Part shown: positions 1 to 9,089 of the stretch, in pieces
Layout of the letters: each line of letters begins with the position of its first letter
Position numbering within the stretch: the stretch's first letter is position 1
NCBI GenBank assembly: GCA_963934255.1
Contig: CAWVXU010000037.1
Coordinates: forward strand, 1 to 24,217
DNA: 24,217 nt
Direction: 5' to 3'
Origin: an uncultured Fibrobacterales bacterium
GTDB taxonomy: Bacteria > Fibrobacterota > Fibrobacteria > Fibrobacterales > CAWVXU01
Translations under genes and position numbers: made by a program
The notes under the pieces: generated by a model
Database searches by the model: none
Told to the model about the DNA's origin: nothing
Seen by the model: the letters and a program-made list of their open reading frames with translations, nothing else

Positions 1-465
1 GCCCAATCCATCGCGGGTTTCATGCCTTTATCTGGTGAAGTTCAGTATTTGTCTTACCTAGAAGAAGCAAATGCCATAGGTAAAGACGTCTACTTACCTA
101 AAGTTGAGGGAGAAATTCTGAAATTTTATCGCGTTCAAGATTTCAAGGAACTCATTCGAGGCAAATTTGGAATATTAGAGCCTAAACCCGATATTCACAG
201 CTTGATGCAAGCTCCAGCTGAGGTCTTTTTGATTCCAGGAGTAGCATTTGGAAATAGAGGTGAAAGAGTGGGGCGAGGCAAGGGATTTTACGATAAATCG
301 CTAAAAGATTTAAAAGACAGCCTAAAGGTTGGGATATGCTTTGAAAAGCAAGTCCTTAGTGGCTATATTGCACAAAACGTGTGGGATATTTCTATGGACT
401 ACATAGTCACCTCACAAAGAATTATTCACTCCACCCAAGCAAACACAAACAAAGCGAAAGATTAG
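1..465 (+). CDS. ygfA: 5-formyltetrahydrofolate cyclo-ligase (5'-truncated by window edge)
   Basis: Frame is open from base 1 (AQSIAGFMPLSGEV...). Family motifs VYLPKV, GKFGILEP, LIPGVAF, RVGRGKGFYD and WDISMDYIVT. Confidence 0.93.
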   Translation, partial: AQSIAGFMPLSGEVQYLSYLEEANAIGKDVYLPKVEGEILKFYRVQDFKELIRGKFGILEPKPDIHSLMQAPAEVFLIPGVAFGNRGERVGRGKGFYDKSLKDLKDSLKVGICFEKQVLSGYIAQNVWDISMDYIVTSQRIIHSTQANTNKAKD

Positions 466-466
466 T

Positions 467-1606
467 ATGAAAGCCATTCTTGCACTTGAAAACGGAACCA
501 CTTTTATTGGAAAAGCCTTCGGAGCAAATGTTAAAGCCCAGGGGGAGATTGTTTTTAACACCTCTATGACCGGATACCAAGAGATCCTGACTGACCCGTC
601 TTATAATGGCCAAGTCGTCTGTATGACTTACCCAGAGATTGGGAACTATGGAATTACTGAAGAAGACATTGAAAGTTCTCAGCTTCAAGTCAGTGGTCTG
701 ATTGTTAAAAACTTATGTGAATTCCCATCAAACTATCGCGGAGAAGCCAAAAAACTTTCAACTTATTTGAGCGAAAACAACATCCCTGGTATCCAAGGTA
801 TTGATACGAGAAAACTCACTCGCATCCTTCGCGACTCTGGTGCTATGCGTGGTGTAATCCTTCACGGTGACGAGGTTACTGAAGAGCAAGCAATCCAAGC
901 AGCTCAAGCAGTTGAATCCATAGTGGGCGCCGATCTTGCTTCCAAAGTGACTTGCCAAGTTAATTCTGAATGGACAGAGAACGCTCACCTTTTACAACCT
1001 CAAGAGAGTGTCAACCAAGAGCCATTCAAGGTTGTTGCAGTTGATTTTGGTGTTAAATTTAACACACTTCGTCGCATTAAAAATATAGGGGCTCAGGTCA
1101 CTGTTGTTCCTGCTACAGCAACCGCTGAAGAGATTCTTGCTCATCAACCTGATGGCGTCTATCTTTCCAACGGCCCAGGTGACCCAGCTGCAGTCACATA
1201 CGCAATTGAAACTGTTAGAAACCTTATTGGTCAAGTTCCTATCTTTGGGATCTGCCTTGGACACCAAATATTAGCACTCGCTCTTGGCGCCACAACCTTC
1301 AAATTGAAATTTGGACATCGGGGCGCCAATCACCCAATTATGAATCAGCGTACAGAAGTTGTTGAAATTACTTCACAAAATCACGGTTTTGCAGTGTCTC
1401 CCGATAATTTCCCAAGTGATATCGCTGAAATCACACACATGAATCTCAATGATAATACAGTTGCAGGGATCAGCCATAAGACTGAATCTGCATTCTCTAT
1501 TCAATATCACCCAGAAGCCTCCCCAGGGCCTCACGATTCATACTATTTATTTCGCCAATTTGCCAAAAATGCTCGGAAATTTAAAAATTCAAAGACAGTA
1601 GTTTAA
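467..1606 (+). CDS. carA: Carbamoyl-phosphate synthase small (glutaminase) subunit
   Basis: GEIVFNTSMTGYQEILTDPSY, GIDTRKLT, LSNGPGDP, catalytic Cys in GICLGHQ, and QYHPEASPGPHD. Confidence 0.98.
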   Translation: MKAILALENGTTFIGKAFGANVKAQGEIVFNTSMTGYQEILTDPSYNGQVVCMTYPEIGNYGITEEDIESSQLQVSGLIVKNLCEFPSNYRGEAKKLSTYLSENNIPGIQGIDTRKLTRILRDSGAMRGVILHGDEVTEEQAIQAAQAVESIVGADLASKVTCQVNSEWTENAHLLQPQESVNQEPFKVVAVDFGVKFNTLRRIKNIGAQVTVVPATATAEEILAHQPDGVYLSNGPGDPAAVTYAIETVRNLIGQVPIFGICLGHQILALALGATTFKLKFGHRGANHPIMNQRTEVVEITSQNHGFAVSPDNFPSDIAEITHMNLNDNTVAGISHKTESAFSIQYHPEASPGPHDSYYLFRQFAKNARKFKNSKTVV

Positions 1607-1609
1607 GAC

Positions 1610-2488
1610 ATGGATGATGTTCAACACGAAGAATTTGTATGCGGCCCTAACGCCGTAGAGAGCCTACTCAGTAATAGTCCCGAACGCGTGCACCGTTTGG
1701 TATTTCTTCAGGACTCTGGTAAGCCTCGCTTATATGAACTTCAAAAAATGGCCAAGAAGTTAAAGATTCACTATCAACAACTTCCACCAGCTAAACTTGA
1801 CGCGATATCCACTCGCAATCAAGGGGTCATTGCACTTTGTCATCAACGTGAGATGGACTCTTGGGATTTAGTCAAGGACGCTTTCTTAGACTCGGATGGT
1901 CAAGAACTGATCGTCGTTGCATCTGGTCTTGAAGACCCTCGCAACTTGGGCGCATGTATTCGTTCGTGTGTAGCTCTTGGAGTGGACGCACTTCTTTTAC
2001 CAGCCAAAGGCAATTGTGGTTTAACTCCAGTTGTCGCTAGAACTTCAGCTGGTGCCCTAGAACAACTCACTATTTGTCGTCCGGGTAAATTAGAGCACGA
2101 ACTGGCTGAACTTAAGGCCGCCGGCTATCAGATCATTGGTCTTGATGGGCGTTCTCAAAAAGGTTCATGGGAAGTTGGCTATGGAGAAAAGATGGTGCTC
2201 ATCATCGGTGGAGAAGATCGTGGAATTCCACCCTATCTCCGTAAACAGTGTGATGCATTAATACGTCTTCCCATGTCTCAAATCGCTCACAGTTATAACG
2301 CATCAGTTGCATTATCACTAGGCCTTTATGAAATTGCAAGATCTCGTGAATTTGAGGGTATGAAAACGGCTCCACCAGTTTTTGAACGAACTCCTCGTGA
2401 AGGTGACGATTTTAAAGGCAAAGATACTGAAAAGCCAAAGCCTCAACTAAAAGGGCACGCAGAAGTTCAAGATTCAGATTTAATCTAG
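1610..2488 (+). CDS. rlmB: TrmH/SpoU-family RNA 2'-O-methyltransferase, RlmB-like (23S G2251)
   Basis: N-terminal CGPNAVESLL and NQGVIA, plus SPOUT motifs EDPRNLGACIRS, IIGGEDRG and RLPM...SYNASVA. Has a charged C-terminal tail of about 40 aa. Confidence 0.85.
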   Translation: MDDVQHEEFVCGPNAVESLLSNSPERVHRLVFLQDSGKPRLYELQKMAKKLKIHYQQLPPAKLDAISTRNQGVIALCHQREMDSWDLVKDAFLDSDGQELIVVASGLEDPRNLGACIRSCVALGVDALLLPAKGNCGLTPVVARTSAGALEQLTICRPGKLEHELAELKAAGYQIIGLDGRSQKGSWEVGYGEKMVLIIGGEDRGIPPYLRKQCDALIRLPMSQIAHSYNASVALSLGLYEIARSREFEGMKTAPPVFERTPREGDDFKGKDTEKPKPQLKGHAEVQDSDLI

Positions 2489-2511
2489 TTTTTCAGACCT
2501 GATATTATGTG

Positions 2512-2545
2512 AAAGAGCTAAGTGTTATCACTTAGCTCTTTTTTT
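2512..2545 (+). terminator. Rho-independent terminator after the ygfA-carA-rlmB run
   Basis: Perfect stem AAAGAGCTAAGTG-ttat-CACTTAGCTCTTT running into a T tract. Confidence 0.9.
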
Positions 2546-2640
2546 CTGTTTATATTTCATTCTACTTTAAGTTTCATTCAAGTCTCAGTATTCAAGTATC
2601 CGATAGCTTAAATGGTAAAACAATTAATCAGGTGCGTATC

Positions 2641-3978
2641 ATGGGCAAGCTCAAAGAGTTAAAGTCTGAAATAATGGAAATCTTAGCGATAGTATCACCA
2701 AAGAATCGTCTATATATTTTACTTTTTGCCATTTTCAACACGTTGATTATGATTACTTACTTCCTTTTTATTCACTTCACAAGTGTTTTTGAGGCCGAAA
2801 TCGCAGAAGACGAAGCCAAAAGATTAGGTATCAAACTCAGTGAACTTCCTACCGAACTTCAAGATTCTTCTTTTGTTGACACCTCTTTTTCAGATAATAA
2901 CGAATCACTTTTTGATGATTTACTTTCGAATTTACAAGAAAATAAATCTTCAAATACCTCATTTAGCCACATTACTAGTGAAGATTTAGCCGCATACAAA
3001 GAATTAATCAGCTTATTTTCTGACCGAGAAATGTACCGTAAATCCCTGAAGCATATTGAGCGAGTCGCAAATTATTTATCAGATGATATAGTATTTCAAG
3101 CCCAAGCAGGTAAAGCCTATATTAAAGCCGGTAAACCACAACAAGCTATTCCTTATCTACAAAAAGCAATTTCTAAATTCCCAAAAGATATAGGATTACA
3201 GCTTGATTTAGCTCGAGCCACTTTTGCTTTAAATAGCCCCCTTGAAGCAATTGCATTACTTAAAAATTTACATCAAAAATTCCCTGGTGAAGTTAAAGTT
3301 AAAATTGATTTAGCATCATCTCTCGCTGAAATAGAGCCTAACTCTAAAGAAGCTGATTCGCTTTTTAAACAATTAAAAAAAGAGCACCCTAAGTCTCCTA
3401 TGATTTGGTACCAAAGTGCTCGTCAAAAAATGAACCAAGGTAATTTCAATTCTAGTCGTAAAGAATTAACTAAGGCTCTTAAGTTAGACCCTTTAGATCA
3501 TCGGGTTCATGCTCGAATGGGGATGGCTCAGTATTATTTACAGCAATATGATTTTGCTAAAAAACACTACCGCACAGCACTATCAATGAATCCAGAAGAT
3601 TATAATACCTGGTATAATTTGGGTGAACTCAAATACACCTTAGCCAATCGCTCACAACGGGTTGATAGCCTCAAAGCATATTCTCATGAGGCTTTATCTC
3701 ATTTCTTACAAGCCATATCTTTAGAAAAAGACCACCCTAAGGCACATTATCGAGTTGGACTTCTTTTAAATTCTAACAAACAATTTAAGGAAGCTATTCA
3801 ACATCTCAAAAAAACACTTGAGAAAAACCCCGACCACATTAGTTCATTGGTAGCTATAGCTATTGCTCTTGAGGCAACTGGTCATAAAGAGTTAGCTTTA
3901 GAAAACTTGGAAAGAGCTTACTACCTAGACCCATTTAATAGGGTGGTAGCAAACAAACTGAAAAGATTTAAAGGCTGA
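2641..3978 (+). CDS. Membrane-anchored tetratricopeptide-repeat (TPR) protein
   Basis: Single N-terminal hydrophobic helix (LYILLFAIFNTLIMITYFLFI), acidic linker, then many TPR-like helical pairs (e.g. TALSMNPEDYNTWYNLG, AHYRVGLLL, KTLEKNPDH). ATG at 2641 preferred over GTG at 2632. Confidence 0.85.
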   Translation: MGKLKELKSEIMEILAIVSPKNRLYILLFAIFNTLIMITYFLFIHFTSVFEAEIAEDEAKRLGIKLSELPTELQDSSFVDTSFSDNNESLFDDLLSNLQENKSSNTSFSHITSEDLAAYKELISLFSDREMYRKSLKHIERVANYLSDDIVFQAQAGKAYIKAGKPQQAIPYLQKAISKFPKDIGLQLDLARATFALNSPLEAIALLKNLHQKFPGEVKVKIDLASSLAEIEPNSKEADSLFKQLKKEHPKSPMIWYQSARQKMNQGNFNSSRKELTKALKLDPLDHRVHARMGMAQYYLQQYDFAKKHYRTALSMNPEDYNTWYNLGELKYTLANRSQRVDSLKAYSHEALSHFLQAISLEKDHPKAHYRVGLLLNSNKQFKEAIQHLKKTLEKNPDHISSLVAIAIALEATGHKELALENLERAYYLDPFNRVVANKLKRFKG

Positions 3979-4013
3979 TTCGGAAACTATCTTATCCATC
4001 CCATAAAACAAAT

Positions 4014-4046
4014 AAAGCTTCTTATAGATATCTATAAGAAGCTTTT
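4014..4046. terminator. Bidirectional terminator formed by a perfect 32-bp palindrome between the convergent TPR gene and ffs
   Basis: AAAGCTTCTTATAGATATCTATAAGAAGCTTT (4014-4045) equals its own reverse complement and has A/T runs at both ends. Confidence 0.8.
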
Positions 4047-4050
4047 AAAT

Positions 4051-4178
4051 ACTTGAATTCAATAGAACCCCAAACTGACCATCCGCATAGAGAACACGAA
4101 GTAGGTTGCTGCTTTCGCCCTGGCCTGGTCCAACACATAAACCATCGGAAGGGGCCTGAGGCTCTACTGAACTCAAGT
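4051..4178 (-). ncRNA. ffs: Signal recognition particle RNA (small bacterial, 4.5S-type)
   Basis: Minus strand folds as one rod. The 22-bp terminal stem ACUUGAGUUCAGUAGAGCCUCA/UGGGGUUCUAUUGAAUUCAAGU has G-U pairs that fix the strand. The apex carries the domain IV motif ACCAGG-CCAGG-GC-GAAA-GC-AGCAA-CC. It lies directly downstream of tadA (a known tadA-ffs arrangement) and has its own promoter and terminator. Ends are approximate. Confidence 0.88.
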
Positions 4179-4184
4179 TTGGAC

Positions 4185-4213
4185 AATATAATAAATGTTA
4201 TTTAAAAAGTCAC
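4185..4213 (-). promoter_or_regulatory. Sigma70-type promoter of ffs
   Basis: Minus strand reads GTGACT-17 nt-TATATT, ending 6 nt before the first base of the RNA's terminal stem. Confidence 0.7.
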
Positions 4214-4218
4214 TCGGT

Positions 4219-4740
4219 TTAAATCAAACTCACACCCTTGAGTGGAATACTTTGAACCTGACTCTTCTCTTCTTTTTTACGAGCTCTTAAAACTTGGAAA
4301 AATTGCTGAATAATACCCAAACATTGATCAGCTAAAACACCACCTAAAACTTCTATTTCTCGATGAATTGGATTGTTTTTCAGTATATCCATTGTACTTC
4401 CACAAGCACCCAATCGTTTATCTGGAGCTCCAAATACGACTCTTGAAAGTCTCGAGTTTAAAATTGCTCCAGCACACATAGGGCAAGGTTCAAGGGTAAC
4501 ATAAAGTGTTGTATCATCGAGACGCCAATTACCTTCTCCCTTAGCTGATGCGGCGCCAATAGCTAAAATTTCAGCATGAGCTGTAGGGTCTTGCAATGTT
4601 TCCATCTGATTGGAGCCTCTGGCTATAATTTTACCATCTCTAACTATAACACAACCAATGGGGACTTCCCCATTATCAAAAGCTGCTTCTGCTTCTCCTA
4701 AGGCCATTTGCATATAACGTTCATCTAGTAATCGATCCAT
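4219..4740 (-). CDS. tadA: tRNA-specific adenosine-34 deaminase
   Basis: EVPIGCVIV, DPTAHAE, NWRL and YVTLEPCPMCAGA Zn-binding motifs. Confidence 0.95.
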   Translation of the reverse strand: MDRLLDERYMQMALGEAEAAFDNGEVPIGCVIVRDGKIIARGSNQMETLQDPTAHAEILAIGAASAKGEGNWRLDDTTLYVTLEPCPMCAGAILNSRLSRVVFGAPDKRLGACGSTMDILKNNPIHREIEVLGGVLADQCLGIIQQFFQVLRARKKEEKSQVQSIPLKGVSLI

Positions 4741-6482
4741 TAATGATATCCCACCACTTGATTACGACCACCTGTTTTGGCTTTATAAAGCGCCTTATCT
4801 GCTTTATCTAAACAGGCTATAATATCCTCGGCATCACGTGGAAAAATTGCGTATCCTAGAGATATTGTGATTTTTAGTGGTTCTGATCGACCGATTTCAA
4901 AATCTTTTTCTTCAATTGCTATGCGGATTCGTTCAGCTGTATCCTTCACAACTTTTTCAGTTGCGTCAACAATCATCACCCCAAACTCTTCACCGCCATA
5001 ACGCGCAACAGTATCAACACCTGCTCGAATTTCCTTAGCAATAATTTTACTGGTTTCAGCTAGAACAATATCACCGACCGGATGACCATAAGTGTCATTA
5101 ACTGATTTAAATTTATCAATATCAGTCATCATAACACCCATTTGAGTACCCATACGCTTAGTACGAAGACATTCTTTGGATAAAAACTCCATATAGGTTC
5201 GATGATTATAAAGCCCAGTTAAACCGTCTCGAGAAGCTTGGTTTTCTTTTTCTTCAAAAGCTTGAGCTCGAGCAAAAGCAAAACCAGCGACATTTGCAAT
5301 ATTTTTCAAAAGGTCAATATGATGAACGCCGTACTTATAAACACGAGCACTCTCCACACAAATTACCATTTTCACCATATCATTTTGCACAAGTACAGGC
5401 ACAGCAGCTAGGCATCTAAACTGATCATTCGTTTTTTCATCAAGGGAAATTAATGTGACAGGGCTTCTAGGGCTAATAACACGAGTTAAACTCATGCTTT
5501 TCATTAAACAAAGTGTCAAGAGGCCTTTACCATCAATAGGAACTTGTCGGTTAATAAAATAATCTTGATCCACACCCTCACACACAACAACCTGGGCCAT
5601 ATTTGGATCATCATCTTTTACCGTCAAAATAGTGATACGATCAAAGGGAAGTGTAGTTTTGGCATAGGAAACAATGTTTTTATAGACGTCTTTGGATGCC
5701 ATATTATCAAGGAAGCGTTTTTGATATTCAAAAAGAGCCTTGAACTGTTCCTTTTGATAGAGATGCTCAAAATCCATATAGGTACGATAACATAATGAGC
5801 CAATTAAAGAAGCAAATTGATTAAGAATTATAATGACTTCATCATCGAATGCTTCATCTTCTGTACTATCTACAACGACTGCACCATTCCGTTTTTGATT
5901 AACAACAATGGGAACGCCTGCTAGGCTTCGAATCTCTGATTCATCTGAGTAATAGTGAATCCGACTTTTTGACCCCAGGTCACCTTCTAAAATACGATCA
6001 ACTTCTGGCTTGAGTAAACGACCTACAAGTCCTTGATTTTCTAGGAATTCACAACTTGGAACCACAGTAGAAAGTTCTGAATCATAAACTTTTAGGCGAA
6101 GTGTTTTTGCTTTATTTCCAGGAAATAGAATGAGCACACTCTGGCATCTTAACAGTTTACGAAGCAGACTTGCGGCCTTATAAAGATTTAGTTCAACTTC
6201 ATTTTCAACTTCAAGCTTATATTTCTTTTTTTGAATTTTATTGATGACTTCTTCGCGTTCTTCACCTTCCTCACCGTCTTTAAGGAAAGTAACATCGTTA
6301 GAATCTGGCATATCCGTAATCGGCGCCATTTCAATCGTACGACTATCTCGGTATTGTCTCGGACGATTCATCCAACCAAAGATCAAGCAAATAACACCTA
6401 GTGGTAAACAATAGAAGTAGAACCCACCTAAGAAGGCTAGTCCAAAAAGCAAACCTGAAATGAGAAAAAATATCTCTGTCAC
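4740..6482 (-). CDS. Membrane-anchored diguanylate cyclase (2 TM - GAF - GAF - GGEEF)
   Basis: Two N-terminal hydrophobic segments, two GAF-like segments (RSLAGVPI; RCLAAVPVL), and a C-terminal domain with DGLTGLYN, DIDKFKSVNDTYGH, VARYGGEEF and ADKALYKAK. Confidence 0.92.
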   Translation of the reverse strand: MTEIFFLISGLLFGLAFLGGFYFYCLPLGVICLIFGWMNRPRQYRDSRTIEMAPITDMPDSNDVTFLKDGEEGEEREEVINKIQKKKYKLEVENEVELNLYKAASLLRKLLRCQSVLILFPGNKAKTLRLKVYDSELSTVVPSCEFLENQGLVGRLLKPEVDRILEGDLGSKSRIHYYSDESEIRSLAGVPIVVNQKRNGAVVVDSTEDEAFDDEVIIILNQFASLIGSLCYRTYMDFEHLYQKEQFKALFEYQKRFLDNMASKDVYKNIVSYAKTTLPFDRITILTVKDDDPNMAQVVVCEGVDQDYFINRQVPIDGKGLLTLCLMKSMSLTRVISPRSPVTLISLDEKTNDQFRCLAAVPVLVQNDMVKMVICVESARVYKYGVHHIDLLKNIANVAGFAFARAQAFEEKENQASRDGLTGLYNHRTYMEFLSKECLRTKRMGTQMGVMMTDIDKFKSVNDTYGHPVGDIVLAETSKIIAKEIRAGVDTVARYGGEEFGVMIVDATEKVVKDTAERIRIAIEEKDFEIGRSEPLKITISLGYAIFPRDAEDIIACLDKADKALYKAKTGGRNQVVGYH

Positions 6483-7558
6483 AATCGTACCGACCTTAAT
6501 GTCATAATCATCGCCACCGCCCCAAATACCAAATTACCAAACCACGCTCCCAACCAAGGAGATAGAGCACCATTTTCGCCGAGTATTAGACCATATCTTA
6601 CTATAACATAATAACTGAATGCAATCAATAAACCAATTCCGAAGTTTTTTGTGAGACTTCCACGCAAAACATGGTGGCTCAAGGATAATGCTATAAGAGA
6701 AATAATGAAATTCATAAAAGGTCCGGCAATTTTGAAATGCCATTGAGTCTCCCAAGACTTAGTGTCTTCACCAGCGCGCCTGAGATTTTCAATTCGCTCT
6801 TCTAGCATTTCCCCACTCATTTCTTCATGAGAGAATCGGCTGCTTATAAAGTCATCAGGCTTTTGTTCGGGCCAATTTTTGAGCTGACGAGTTTTAAATG
6901 ATTCGGCTTCAAATCTCCCATTCTTCATTACCCTAATAACACCCTCCTTAGCCAACCAAAAGCCCTCTTTTTTCCAAATTAGAGACTCTGCATCAAGACG
7001 TTTTTCAATCTGCCCCTCGAGGATTTGAACAACCACCACACCGCGAGCCTTTTTCGTTTTAGCAGAATATTGCCTTATATACCAGGTATTGTTATGTTCT
7101 CCTACGAGTACCATTTGACGTTTTACTTTAAGGCGCTTATTAGCTTTTTTGGATTTAGTTAAAGGTTGAGCAAGCTCAAGACGTTTGTGATTAGCATCAG
7201 GTAAAACTTGATCATTAAACCAATACATAGCCAAAGCGATGATAAAACACGAGATCCATACGGGCGCCAATATTTTCAAAATAGGCCGGCCAGCAACTTT
7301 CATGGCCGCAAGCTCTAAATGTCTTGCCATCCCACCGACAACACCAGTGACTGCAAGCATAAGAATAATCGGCATTGTCAGATACATTATAGAAGGAATA
7401 TAATTGAGATAATAATCCAAAATATCCTCAGTACTACGATTCATCCACATGGAAATTTGATTCACAAAATCAAGTACTATATATATGGATACTACACAAA
7501 AAGTTAAAAGCAGAAGAAGGCGCCAAAATCGGCCCGCCAAATAAAAAGGAAAGGTCAT
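6479..7558 (-). CDS. lptG: LPS export ABC transporter permease, LptF/LptG family (LptG position)
   Basis: Three TM, periplasmic domain, three TM. Motifs ELAAMKVAG and LSPWLGAWFGN. Overlaps the upstream paralogue by ATGA. Confidence 0.85.
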   Translation of the reverse strand: MTFPFYLAGRFWRLLLLLTFCVVSIYIVLDFVNQISMWMNRSTEDILDYYLNYIPSIMYLTMPIILMLAVTGVVGGMARHLELAAMKVAGRPILKILAPVWISCFIIALAMYWFNDQVLPDANHKRLELAQPLTKSKKANKRLKVKRQMVLVGEHNNTWYIRQYSAKTKKARGVVVVQILEGQIEKRLDAESLIWKKEGFWLAKEGVIRVMKNGRFEAESFKTRQLKNWPEQKPDDFISSRFSHEEMSGEMLEERIENLRRAGEDTKSWETQWHFKIAGPFMNFIISLIALSLSHHVLRGSLTKNFGIGLLIAFSYYVIVRYGLILGENGALSPWLGAWFGNLVFGAVAMIMTLRSVRL

Positions 7559-8982
7559 TTGTTTTCACCCTCTCCTTGAGTTTGCTCTGATTTAACTTTT
7601 TTTCGGTTGCGCCACCAGATAAGCACAGGATGCCAAAATCGATGGCCCGTATAATTATCCGATGCCATTCGCCAAGTTACAATAATTCCAGCTAAACCCA
7701 CGATAATATTAGGTGACCACATCGCTAAAGCCGGCGGCACTATTAATTTATCGGCAATCTTCTCACCACCCATGAGAAACGCCCAATACACCACAAAAAA
7801 GGTAATAGAATAAATAACGCCAGTCCCAACGCCGCCCTTTCGAGCCATCACTCCGAGTGGTGCTCCGATAAGTATGAAAACAACCGCCGCGACCGGGATT
7901 GAAAATTTCTTATGGACTTCAACTAAATACTGAGCAACTCTTTTTTGCTGGTAATCAAGCTTGGATATAATACTGCGAATCTTCCGGAAAGTCCCTTGTT
8001 CTTGACGATTCAATGCTCTAAACAAATGAATAGAAGACTCTGTAACATCCCACTCTTTTTGGGCAAGCTCAATGGCTACGTCAGTTGCTAGTGTATCTGT
8101 TTTTACAAATTGTATCATCAAATCTTGATCTGTCCACAACGCTTTAGCTTGATCCCGTAAAATCTCATCAAACTTAGTTTCTGACTTTTCTACTAATTCA
8201 AGCATGCCCTCAATAGGCATCTCTCGATCAGAACGATGTTTACTTTCGGTCCGATTAAAACTATCGTCTACATTTCGAACTGAAAAAGTCTGTTTGGTAA
8301 AGCTAATCTTAAAGTATTGAGTTTGATCCTTGGCATCACGAATATGATTAGCGCCATGCTCTAAATGAAGAAGAAGCGTTGCTCCCATATCCTGATATTC
8401 CATCCATCCATATTGAGCCAATATGATTTTTGGAGTTTCCCTACCGTTAATTTCAAAGATTTGGATACCGGACAGACGACCATTCAATTCATCAATATCA
8501 TCCACCCAAATTTGCACACCAGGGAAATCCTTAATCAACTGTCCAGATTTGATAAAAGCTTGAGGCTTTTTTCTTGATATAGATCTTAAAAGTGAAGCAG
8601 CGCGGTGATTAGCCTCTGGAAGTACCCAATTATTGAACAAAACCAGCATTGTCATGATCAATGCCCCAACAATTAGAACGGGTCGCATTAAAGTGATGGG
8701 TGAAATTCCAGCACTCTTCACCGCAGTTATCTCGGAGTCAGCACTAAGTCGTCCAAATGCCATAAGCGATGCGACTAAACACCCCATGGGTATAGCCAAA
8801 GCTAACATCCAAGCAAGGGATAAAACTAAAATTTCTAATAAAATAACTGCAGGCAAACCTTTAGATAATACAGAATCCAAGATGTTCACTAGGTATTGAA
8901 CCGCAAAAAGAAAAGTAATCACCGAGAATGCCGCCAAAAATGGAGCAAGGTGTTCTTTTAATATGTATTTCGCTAGTATCAA
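7555..8982 (-). CDS. lptF: LPS export ABC transporter permease, LptF/LptG family (LptF position)
   Basis: KYILKE...PF, FGRLSADSEITAVKSAGIS, VEVHKKFSIP, IGAPLG and AMWSPN. TTG start. Carries an extra helical insertion of about 100 aa in the periplasmic region. Confidence 0.88.
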   Translation of the reverse strand: MILAKYILKEHLAPFLAAFSVITFLFAVQYLVNILDSVLSKGLPAVILLEILVLSLAWMLALAIPMGCLVASLMAFGRLSADSEITAVKSAGISPITLMRPVLIVGALIMTMLVLFNNWVLPEANHRAASLLRSISRKKPQAFIKSGQLIKDFPGVQIWVDDIDELNGRLSGIQIFEINGRETPKIILAQYGWMEYQDMGATLLLHLEHGANHIRDAKDQTQYFKISFTKQTFSVRNVDDSFNRTESKHRSDREMPIEGMLELVEKSETKFDEILRDQAKALWTDQDLMIQFVKTDTLATDVAIELAQKEWDVTESSIHLFRALNRQEQGTFRKIRSIISKLDYQQKRVAQYLVEVHKKFSIPVAAVVFILIGAPLGVMARKGGVGTGVIYSITFFVVYWAFLMGGEKIADKLIVPPALAMWSPNIIVGLAGIIVTWRMASDNYTGHRFWHPVLIWWRNRKKVKSEQTQGEGENK

Positions 8983-9089
8983 CTTACGATTCCCACTAGT
9001 TTGGATGGTTTATTAGGTTTGTTTAAATACTTCAGTTTTTTGAAGTTTCATCCGATACAATATAACAGATGCGAAACCTTGGAGCTTGC

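Noticed and set aside
422..1267. Short minus-strand ORFs opposite carA
   Set aside because: Antisense shadows of a well-conserved gene, with no motifs or ribosome-binding sites.
4051..4178. Possible 6S RNA (ygfA is in the window) or tRNA
   Set aside because: At about 128 nt it is short for 6S, has no large central bubble or cloverleaf, and carries the SRP domain IV motif. Any ygfA-linked 6S gene would lie upstream of base 1.
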